DNA of 32,000 bases from Candidatus Saccharimonadota bacterium (GTDB lineage: Archaea; Nanobdellota; Nanobdellia; Pacearchaeales; GW2011-AR1): contig JAFCEL010000001.1 in the NCBI GenBank assembly GCA_017609205.1, positions 479,057 to 511,056 of the forward strand, read 5' to 3'. Below are positions 7,544 through 14,662 of the stretch, piece by piece. The translations under genes and the position numbers were made by a program. The number at the start of each line of letters is the position of its first letter. The first letter of the stretch is position 1. Below the pieces are notes generated by a model, which was given only the letters and a program-made list of their open reading frames with translations, had not been told where the DNA came from and did not search any database.

Positions 7544-10021
7544 TTAGTAAATGTCTAGTTTTTCACTTTTCTCTATTTCTTCTTGTGATTTGAACTCTGG
7601 TTCTTCTTCTTTTTTATTTTCCTTGGTGAATTCCTTTTTTGATTCTTCATTGTTTTCTAATATATTATCTGCTTTTTGAGTAAATTTTTCTCTTAGTTGA
7701 TTGTCTTTTGGTTTTTCTTCGGATTTTTTTTCATATTCTTCTTTGATATGTTCTTTTTTAGTAGAACTCTTCTCGAGTTCTGCGATATACTCTGATATTT
7801 CTTGTGCTACATCTGCATTAACGCTTATACTATCTATTCTTTTACTGACGAGAAATTTAACCATTTCTTTTTTGCTTGCTGCCTGTCCACATATACTTGT
7901 CTGCACCTTATTTCTTCTGCATACTCTAATCACGAATTCCATTTGATACAGGATTGATGGGTGCATTTCATCATATAAATATTGAACCTTTTCGTTACCT
8001 CTATCAATTGCTAACATATATTGTGTAAGGTCATTTGTTCCAAAGGATATAAAGTCTATACCTTCTTCGCACAGATTTTTTATTATTTGGATTGCTGCAG
8101 GGGTTTCGATCATCACACCTATTTTAGCTTCTTTGAACTCAATTTCTTTTAGAATCTTTTTAACTTCCTTAATTTCCTCTACGAGAATTACTTGTGGAAG
8201 AAGAATCCCTATTTTTTTTCCTGTTTGCGAAATTTTTTTTAGAGCATTTAATTCAGCTTTCAGGATTTCAGGATTCTTCAGGCTGTATCTTATTCCATGC
8301 ATGCCAAGCATAGGGTTTGCTTCAACTTCTTTTGGAGAGCCTTCAAGATTTCGGTATTCATCACTTCTTATGTCTGATGTTCTTACCCAGATTTCTTCAA
8401 AATATTTTGCAATGCCTGAAACTCCTTTAAAGATTATTTGTTCATAGTCAGATATCTTTTTTTGCTTTAGAAAATACTCGGGATGCTTTCCGGATTCTGC
8501 AATTATTCCTTCTATTCTTGTTAATCCTACTTTCTTTATTCCTGTTCTTGATGCTCTCTCTGCAAAACTTGGCAAATCAACAATTACTTTTATTTCTGTA
8601 TTTGTTTTTACTTTTATTGGTTTAATTTCTTTTTTTTGTGTTTCTGCAATTTTTCCCTTGTATATTTTCCCATTATAACCGTCGACAGTTATAATTTCCC
8701 CTTCTTTTAATTTTGTTGTTGCCTCTTGTGTTCCAACCACACAAGGGATTCCCATTTCCCTTGAAACTATTGCTGCGTGAGCAGTCAGGCCTCCTTCATC
8801 AGTCACAATTGCAGAAGATTTCTGCATTGTTACCACCATATCAGGATTTGTCATCTTTGTTACAAGGATATCTCCTTTTCCAACCTTCTGCAGGTCCTTT
8901 AATTCCTCTACAATTCTTATTTTTCCTGAGGCTATTCCTGGAGATGCTGCAAGTCCTGTTAGAATGACTTCTCCTTCAAGCTCTTCAGATTTTATTTCTA
9001 TTCTTTTTTCTATTGTGGTTATTGGTCTTGTTTGGACAATATAGATATCTTCTCCTTCAATTGCAAACTCAATATCCTGTGGTTTTTGATAATGTTCCTC
9101 TAATATGGTTGCATATTCTACTAGCCTGTAAATTTCGTCTGGCTTTAAGACTTGTTTTTTAGATATTTCTTCTTTAAGTTTGATAATTTGTTTTTTTCCT
9201 GCTGAATTTCTTGTAATTGCTATTTTTTTATCAGCGATTTTTGTTTCTATTATCTTATTTTTTGAGATAATATATTTGTCAGGAGTTATTTTTCCTGAAA
9301 CAATTCCTTCCCCTAGCCCCCATACAGCTTCGATAATTGTATTTTCATTTTTATAGGAAGGGTCTTTTGAAAATATTACGCCTGATTTATCAGAATCAAC
9401 CATCTTCTGCACTACAACAGCTAGACTAACTTTGCTATGATCAAATCCTTTCTTGTTTCTGTAGTAAGTTGCTCTTGATGTGTAGAGTGAAGCAAAACAT
9501 TTTTTTATGTGTTCTAATAATTCCTTGTTCCCTTTTATGTTTAGATAACTATCTTGTTGTCCTGCAAAACTCGCATCTTCAAGGTCTTCTGCTGTTGCTG
9601 AACTCCTCACAGCGACAAAGATTGGTTCTGACGAGTTTTTCAAAATGTCAAGTGCAGAACCCTTTGCATTTTCAATTCCCCTTGTATCAAGGCTCTCGTA
9701 AGATTCAATTATCTCTTCCTCCATTTCTTTTGGAAATTTAGAATTAACTATCATCTTTCTTATTTTTCCTGTAACTTCATCTAATTCTTTTGTTTTTTCA
9801 TAATTAATTGTGCTTAGAAGTTTGCTTATTTCTTCTTTTAATCCTGCTTTTTTTATGAAATAATCATAAGCTTGGGCAGTAACAACAAATCCGGGAGGAA
9901 CTGGAATTTTAAGATTATAAATTTCTGCGAGATTTGCACCTTTTCCTCCTGCAATTTTTCCAGAATCTTTATTTAATTCAGAGAACCATTTTACAAAATC
10001 AACCCCTTCTTTTTCTTTCAT
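7544..10021 (-). CDS. ppsA: phosphoenolpyruvate synthase (pyruvate, water dikinase) with a Lys/Glu-rich C-terminal tail
   Basis: The motifs GGKGANLAE, TDEGGLTAHAAIVSREMGIPCV (phospho-His domain), GTNDLTQY and CGQAAS are present. The track ORF starts at a TTG at 10042. The first ATG (MKEKEGVDFVKWF) is at 10021. Confidence 0.9.
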   Translation of the reverse strand: MKEKEGVDFVKWFSELNKDSGKIAGGKGANLAEIYNLKIPVPPGFVVTAQAYDYFIKKAGLKEEISKLLSTINYEKTKELDEVTGKIRKMIVNSKFPKEMEEEIIESYESLDTRGIENAKGSALDILKNSSEPIFVAVRSSATAEDLEDASFAGQQDSYLNIKGNKELLEHIKKCFASLYTSRATYYRNKKGFDHSKVSLAVVVQKMVDSDKSGVIFSKDPSYKNENTIIEAVWGLGEGIVSGKITPDKYIISKNKIIETKIADKKIAITRNSAGKKQIIKLKEEISKKQVLKPDEIYRLVEYATILEEHYQKPQDIEFAIEGEDIYIVQTRPITTIEKRIEIKSEELEGEVILTGLAASPGIASGKIRIVEELKDLQKVGKGDILVTKMTNPDMVVTMQKSSAIVTDEGGLTAHAAIVSREMGIPCVVGTQEATTKLKEGEIITVDGYNGKIYKGKIAETQKKEIKPIKVKTNTEIKVIVDLPSFAERASRTGIKKVGLTRIEGIIAESGKHPEYFLKQKKISDYEQIIFKGVSGIAKYFEEIWVRTSDIRSDEYRNLEGSPKEVEANPMLGMHGIRYSLKNPEILKAELNALKKISQTGKKIGILLPQVILVEEIKEVKKILKEIEFKEAKIGVMIETPAAIQIIKNLCEEGIDFISFGTNDLTQYMLAIDRGNEKVQYLYDEMHPSILYQMEFVIRVCRRNKVQTSICGQAASKKEMVKFLVSKRIDSISVNADVAQEISEYIAELEKSSTKKEHIKEEYEKKSEEKPKDNQLREKFTQKADNILENNEESKKEFTKENKKEEEPEFKSQEEIEKSEKLDIY

Positions 10022-10055
10022 AGGTAATAAAATCAAAGCCAATTAATAAAGGTTT

Positions 10056-10226
10056 TTATTCAATTATAGCTTCGCCAGGACAGGATTCTGCAACTTCCTT
10101 GGCACAAGGGGTGTTTTTTTGAGAGATTACTTTTGCTTTTCCATTCTCATCCATTTCAAAAACATCTGGGCACATTGAGACACACATCCCACAGCCAAGA
10201 CATTTTTCCTTGTCTATTTTTACCAT
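10056..10226 (-). CDS. ferredoxin, single [4Fe-4S]/[3Fe-4S] cluster type (56 aa; below the ORF-track size cutoff)
   Basis: Hand translation of the minus strand gives MVKIDKEKCLGCGMCVSMCPDVFEMDENGKAKVISQKNTPCAKEVAESCPGEAIIE. It has CxxCxxCxxxCP plus a distal C...CP, as in Pyrococcus/Thermotoga-type ferredoxins. Confidence 0.85.
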   Translation of the reverse strand: MVKIDKEKCLGCGMCVSMCPDVFEMDENGKAKVISQKNTPCAKEVAESCPGEAIIE

Positions 10227-10246
10227 TTTTTTCTTATTCAGTTAAG

Positions 10247-10254
10247 TTTATAAA
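10247..10254. promoter_or_regulatory. single palindromic TATA box (TTTATAAA) centred between the divergent ferredoxin and lemA genes
   Basis: The box lies 20 nt from the ferredoxin ATG (10226) and 21 nt from the lemA ATG (10276). The whole spacer is 49 bp. Confidence 0.5.
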
Positions 10255-10275
10255 TTTCTCTGTAGTTTGTTTAAT

Positions 10276-10824
10276 ATGTTGTTATGGTTATTGCTTGGAG
10301 TTGCTGGTTTTATTCTCTTGGTGATTTTCTATTATTATAATAAATTCGCGGTTTTGTCAAATAGGATTGATAATTCTCTTTCACAGATTAATGTTCAATT
10401 AAAAAGGCGTGCCGACTTAATTCCCAATTTAGTGGAATCTGTCAAAGGTTTTATGAAGCATGAGAGAGCAGCAATTAAGGCAGTTACTGATGCTAGGAAG
10501 ACTTTAGTTGGTGCAAGGGATATTGTTGGAAAAGTAAAAGCAGATAATGTTCTAGAAAATGCTTTAAGTAGGCTTTTTGCAATTGCAGAGGGTTATCCTG
10601 ATTTAAAAGCGAATACAAACTTCTTGGAGCTTCAAAGGGAATTATCATCTACAGAAGATAGGATTGCTTATGCTCGTCAGTTTTATAATGATTCTATCTT
10701 GAGTTATAATAACCTATGTACAACTTTTCCTGGGAGATTCTTCTCTAAGTTATTTCACAGGCAATTAAAGGACTATCTAGAGATTACTGAAAAGGAGAAG
10801 AAACTTGTGAAAGTTGAATTTTAA
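10276..10824 (+). CDS. lemA: LemA family protein
   Basis: An N-terminal TM helix is followed by LSQINVQLKRRADLIPNLVESVKG...ERAAIKAVTDAR...NALSRLFAIAEGYPDLKAN..F..LQ.EL..TE.RI..AR..YN. The track start at 10267 is a TTG. The first ATG is at 10276. Confidence 0.85.
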   Translation: MLLWLLLGVAGFILLVIFYYYNKFAVLSNRIDNSLSQINVQLKRRADLIPNLVESVKGFMKHERAAIKAVTDARKTLVGARDIVGKVKADNVLENALSRLFAIAEGYPDLKANTNFLELQRELSSTEDRIAYARQFYNDSILSYNNLCTTFPGRFFSKLFHRQLKDYLEITEKEKKLVKVEF

Positions 10825-10915
10825 AATCTACTTTTTGCACCCATAAAATATTTAAACTATGAGACTTTATTTTTCTGAATGAATGAAAGGAGATTAGTTA
10901 TTTTTTTATTGCAAA

Positions 10916-11155
10916 ATGATTCCTTTTGACATTAAGCATTATATAAATCCTCTTCATGTTTATTGTAGATTAAGGGATGTTGGTTTTAGCAAGAAAAGTG
11001 CTTGTTCTTTCTGTCGCTTTTATGAAAAAAATATCTTCAATGGCAATGGTGGCTCTCGTTTGTCAAAAGCGATTTCTTATTCTAGAGAAGTTCCCTCAAA
11101 ACTCTTAAAAAGTCTTAGGTCTTTGTCTGATGATGCAGAGGATAGATTTTCGTGA
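10916..11155 (+). CDS. hypothetical small Cys-containing protein (uncertain)
   Basis: 79-aa ORF between lemA and htpX that overlaps the htpX start by 26 nt. It has no recognised family. No A/T box occurs at the usual distance. Confidence 0.25.
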   Translation: MIPFDIKHYINPLHVYCRLRDVGFSKKSACSFCRFYEKNIFNGNGGSRLSKAISYSREVPSKLLKSLRSLSDDAEDRFS

Positions 11156-12008
11156 TCAGATATCCAAAAATAAGCGAAATTCTTTTCTTCTTATAATTAT
11201 TATATTTGCTATTTTTGTTTTATTTGGTTATGTAATCTCATTTGCATTTGACCCTGGTTGGTTTTTTGTTATAATGATTATTTCAATCATTTTCTCTTTG
11301 AGTTATATTTTGATTAGTTATTATAAATCTGATAAAATAGCTATTATGTCTGTTAGAGCGAAGAGAGCATCGAGGGAAAAATATAAGCAGTATTATGATC
11401 TTGTTGAAGGGTTGACTATTGCGTCTGGTTTGCCTATGCCAAAACTTTATGTAATGAATTCATCACAGATTAATGCTTTTGCTTCTGGGAGAAATCCTGA
11501 GAATGCAGTTGTATGTGTAACGACAGGTGCACTGGAGAAATTAGAGAAAAGAGAACTTGAAGGAGTTTTGGCACATGAGCTTGGGCATATAAGAAATTAT
11601 GATATTCGCTATATGACTTTGGTGACTGTTATGGTAGGGATGATTGCAATAGTTTCTGAGATTTTCTTGAGGAGTTTGTGGTTTAGAAGTGGAGATAATG
11701 ATAACAGAAACGGAATTTTTATTCTGATTGGAATTGCTATGGCCATTCTTGCTCCAATTGCTGTTTATTTTGTGCAAATGGCTATCTCTCGTAAAAGAGA
11801 ATATAGCGCTGATGCAACTGCTGTTAAATTCACAAGGTATCCGAATGGTTTAATAAAGGCATTGAAAAAAATTAAAGATGAGCATTCTCCTCCAGAGAAA
11901 AAAGTCAGCAAAGCACTCGCGCCTTTATTCTTTTCAAACCCTCTGAAGAATCTAGCATCAACCCATCCTCCGATTGAAAAAAGGATTGAAGCTTTAGAGA
12001 GAATGTGA
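11130..12008 (+). CDS. htpX: HtpX-like M48 zinc metalloprotease
   Basis: 292 aa. It has N-terminal TM helices, the HELGH zinc motif, a downstream REYSAD glutamate and the C-terminal STHPPIEKRI motif. Confidence 0.9.
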   Translation: MMQRIDFRDQISKNKRNSFLLIIIIFAIFVLFGYVISFAFDPGWFFVIMIISIIFSLSYILISYYKSDKIAIMSVRAKRASREKYKQYYDLVEGLTIASGLPMPKLYVMNSSQINAFASGRNPENAVVCVTTGALEKLEKRELEGVLAHELGHIRNYDIRYMTLVTVMVGMIAIVSEIFLRSLWFRSGDNDNRNGIFILIGIAMAILAPIAVYFVQMAISRKREYSADATAVKFTRYPNGLIKALKKIKDEHSPPEKKVSKALAPLFFSNPLKNLASTHPPIEKRIEALERM

Positions 12009-12010
12009 AA

Positions 12011-12018
12011 TTTTAAAA
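12011..12018 (+). promoter_or_regulatory. TATA-like box (TTTTAAAA) for the gene at 12040
   Basis: It lies within AATTTTAAAAAC, identical to the 12-mer at 1149. The box ends 21 nt before the ATG at 12040. Confidence 0.45.
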
Positions 12019-12039
12019 ACTCTTTTTATTTATGATTTA

Positions 12040-12888
12040 ATGAGCGTTATTAGAGGAGGGCTACTTGTTATTGCGAGTGTTTTGATTTTTATCGGCTTTT
12101 TATTGATGAACAGTTTGCTTGTTGTGAGCAATTCTCTTGAATATAAAAATATCCAGAATGAATTAGTTCCTGTTGTTATAGATTTTATTGGTGAGCGAGT
12201 TAATCTATCTAATGTTGTTGATGCAAAGTTTCCTTTGATGAAAGAATATTGCGAGAACAATTCTGAATTTGTTTTTAATGAAAAAGAGTTTACTTTTGAG
12301 GTTTCATGTGATTCAATTGAGCAAGGTTCTGAAGCAATTATTGAGGAGATTATAAGAGACTTTGTTGATGATATTTATTATAGGGATTATGATTGTGGAT
12401 TTATAGATTGCTTTAACAATGGAGAGGATATTCCTTATTTTTTAATCTCAGAAAACACGAAAAATTATTTTGAGAATAAATTTTACTTTATCCTATCTTT
12501 GCTGTTTGTAATGGCGGTGATTATGTTTTTTCTTATTGAGAATAAAACTAATTTTCCTATTCTTCTTGGTTCTCTTTTGATTGTATCCTCTTTTCCTTTT
12601 ATGAAGCTTAATAATTTAATCTCTTTTTTTGCAGAGAAGTCTTTTCTTAATTTCTTTACTTTTCTTTTTACAGAATCTTATTCTGTAGCAATTAAGGTTT
12701 TAATCTTTGGAGTTTTTTTATTACTCTTAGGAATTGTTTTAAAATTCTTTAAGATAGGATTCTGGGTTTCTGATTTTATCTCGAGATTTTCTAAAAGACA
12801 GAGAAGGGGAAGTGCACCCAACCCAAATGGTTCAAACAAAACAGAAAAATTATCCTCAAGAAAGATATCAAGTACGTCTGGTAAGTAA
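12040..12888 (+). CDS. hypothetical multi-pass membrane protein with a Cys-containing extracytoplasmic loop
   Basis: 282-aa ORF. An N-terminal TM helix is followed by a ~120-aa loop containing 5 Cys, then 4-5 further hydrophobic helices and a basic Ser-rich tail. Confidence 0.5.
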   Translation: MSVIRGGLLVIASVLIFIGFLLMNSLLVVSNSLEYKNIQNELVPVVIDFIGERVNLSNVVDAKFPLMKEYCENNSEFVFNEKEFTFEVSCDSIEQGSEAIIEEIIRDFVDDIYYRDYDCGFIDCFNNGEDIPYFLISENTKNYFENKFYFILSLLFVMAVIMFFLIENKTNFPILLGSLLIVSSFPFMKLNNLISFFAEKSFLNFFTFLFTESYSVAIKVLIFGVFLLLLGIVLKFFKIGFWVSDFISRFSKRQRRGSAPNPNGSNKTEKLSSRKISSTSGK

Positions 12889-12896
12889 TCTTGTAT

Positions 12897-13208
12897 TTAG
12901 CCGATATTTGGTTGTTCACAAGTAATTTCATTTCCTTTTTCTCCTCGAGGATCCTCCCAGTTCTGTGGATGGTTAACTGAAAAGCCTGTCGCTTTTATTT
13001 TCGCTATTTTATTGCCTTGACAATAGATTTCATAGTCTTCACAATAAATCTCTCCAGACTCTGTTTTATTGCAGATTGCTTTTGTATAAGAGTAATTCAT
13101 CTCCCTCTCAATTGTTCGTCCTGTTAGAACTTGTTTTGAAAAGTAAAATACCCCTATGCTTACTAAGATAAGCAGGCCTAAAATAAAAAGACTTTTTTTA
13201 GTATTCAT
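12897..13208 (-). CDS. hypothetical small membrane-anchored/secreted Cys-containing protein
   Basis: The track ORF extends to 13268 and would overlap the divergent gene. The internal ATG at 13208 gives MNTKKSLFILGLLILVSIGVFYF (a signal/anchor sequence). It also places the A/T box at the standard distance. Confidence 0.45.
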   Translation of the reverse strand: MNTKKSLFILGLLILVSIGVFYFSKQVLTGRTIEREMNYSYTKAICNKTESGEIYCEDYEIYCQGNKIAKIKATGFSVNHPQNWEDPRGEKGNEITCEQPNIG

Positions 13209-13228
13209 TTTCTTTAAGTTTACAAAAG

Positions 13229-13236
13229 TATAAAAA
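13229..13236. promoter_or_regulatory. single A/T box (TATAAAAA) centred between the divergent genes at 13208 and 13258
   Basis: It lies 20 nt from the minus-strand ATG (13208) and 21 nt from the plus-strand ATG (13258). The spacer is again exactly 49 bp. Confidence 0.4.
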
Positions 13237-13257
13237 GTTTCTTCATAGACTTTTTTT

Positions 13258-14094
13258 ATGAAAAACAAATGTATTGTTCTCTTTTCTGGTGGGTTGGATA
13301 GCCGTCTTGCTGTGAAAATTATGCAGGAGAGAGGGTTTGAAGTAGAGGCTTTGCATTTTAATCTTCCTTTTGGTTGTGGTTGTTGTGATTTCGGATGTAA
13401 TTTTAATTTTACTCAAAAATCAGATGTGAAATTTAGCATTCTTGATTGTACACATGGGAAATTATTGAAGGAATATTTAGGGGTTTTGAAGGGGGGAAAG
13501 CATGGACGTGGAGCAGGATTTAATCCCTGTATTGATTGTAAGATTTTTATGTTTAAAAAAGCCAAGGAGTATGCTAATAAAAGAGGGATAGATATTATTG
13601 CAACGGGAGAAGTTCTAGGGCAAAGGCCAATGAGCCAGACGCCCAGAGCGATGAAGATTATTGATAAGGAAATAGGGTTTGAATTAACACGCCCTTTGAT
13701 TGAACTTGGTATTTGTGGGAGAAATAGAAAAAAACAGATAGAATTAGCAGAGAAATATGGAATAAAATATCCTACTCCTGCAGGAGGTTGTTTACTTTGT
13801 GAAAAACAGCTTAAAAAGAGATTTGAGATTCTTATAAAAAATGATTTAATCAATGAAATAACCTTGCCTCTGGTAAATATTGGCAGGCATTTTTTTAAAG
13901 ATAATTGTTGGTTTGTCGTTGGGAGGGATAAGAGTGAGAATAAGATAATAGAGAAATTTGAAAACTGTATTAAGTCAGGAAAAGGAAAACCTGCTGTTTA
14001 TTATTTCAAGAAGGAAGGAGAGATATTTGCAAAGGAATTACAAGAAGATTATAAGAAAGGAGGGAAAAAGAAATTTAGTAATGAGAAAATATAA
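13258..14094 (+). CDS. PP-loop ATP pyrophosphatase, ThiI/MnmA-like tRNA sulfurtransferase lacking a THUMP domain
   Basis: An intact PP-loop, VLFSGGLDSRLA, is present. NPCIDCKIFMFKKA, ATGEVLGQRPMSQT and TRPL are typical of ThiI/MnmA-type thiolation enzymes. Confidence 0.65.
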   Translation: MKNKCIVLFSGGLDSRLAVKIMQERGFEVEALHFNLPFGCGCCDFGCNFNFTQKSDVKFSILDCTHGKLLKEYLGVLKGGKHGRGAGFNPCIDCKIFMFKKAKEYANKRGIDIIATGEVLGQRPMSQTPRAMKIIDKEIGFELTRPLIELGICGRNRKKQIELAEKYGIKYPTPAGGCLLCEKQLKKRFEILIKNDLINEITLPLVNIGRHFFKDNCWFVVGRDKSENKIIEKFENCIKSGKGKPAVYYFKKEGEIFAKELQEDYKKGGKKKFSNEKI

Positions 14095-14662
14095 AATGTG
14101 CTATAAATGTCAATTAAAACCTGTTTATGAATTTACTAATAAGCGAAGAGTTTGCAAGACCTGTTATATTCGGTGGTTTGAGAAAAAAGTTCTTTATACA
14201 ATCAGAAAATTTAATCTTCTGAAGAAAGGGGATATTGTTGGATATTCTCAGAAGAATGATTTCCGTTCTGTTGTTCTTGAGGCTATTTTAAAGATGCTGG
14301 CAAAGAATGGCAGGATTGAAGTTATGAAGCTGGATTCTTCTTTGGTTCATAAAAAGGAAGGTGGATTGAAAATCACGAAACTTGCAGTGCCTTCTACAAC
14401 AGATTTAGAATCTTATCAGGTTGTTTCTGAGATTCTTTATGGAGATATTGAAAATCTTAATAGATTAAAGCCTCTTGATAAAAAGACTATTAAACCTCTT
14501 TATTTGTTTCTTGATAAGGAAGTTGAACTTTATGCTAATTTAAGAGGTTTGGATTTTAAGAGATATAAGAAGCAAAAGGATAAGGTTTCTAGTTTTATTG
14601 ATGAGCTTGAGAAAAGTCATCCTGAAATTAAGAGAAGCATAATCAATGGATTGTTTGAATAA
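14081..14662 (+). CDS. TtuA/NcsA(Ctu1)-like protein with an N-terminal Zn-ribbon and a degenerate PP-loop
   Basis: The ATG at 14081 overlaps the upstream stop by 14 nt. The track start at 13958 would overlap 137 nt. CYKCQ...CKTCYIRWFEKKV and IKPLYLFLDKEVELYA are colinear with TtuA/NcsA. The SGGKDS position instead reads SQKNDF. Confidence 0.5.
   Translation: MRKYKMCYKCQLKPVYEFTNKRRVCKTCYIRWFEKKVLYTIRKFNLLKKGDIVGYSQKNDFRSVVLEAILKMLAKNGRIEVMKLDSSLVHKKEGGLKITKLAVPSTTDLESYQVVSEILYGDIENLNRLKPLDKKTIKPLYLFLDKEVELYANLRGLDFKRYKKQKDKVSSFIDELEKSHPEIKRSIINGLFE

Noticed and set aside
13413-13853. 146-aa minus-strand ORF inside the PP-loop ATPase gene.
   Set aside because: It is antisense to a gene with clear SGGLDS and ThiI-type motifs. 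It has no recognisable features of its own.
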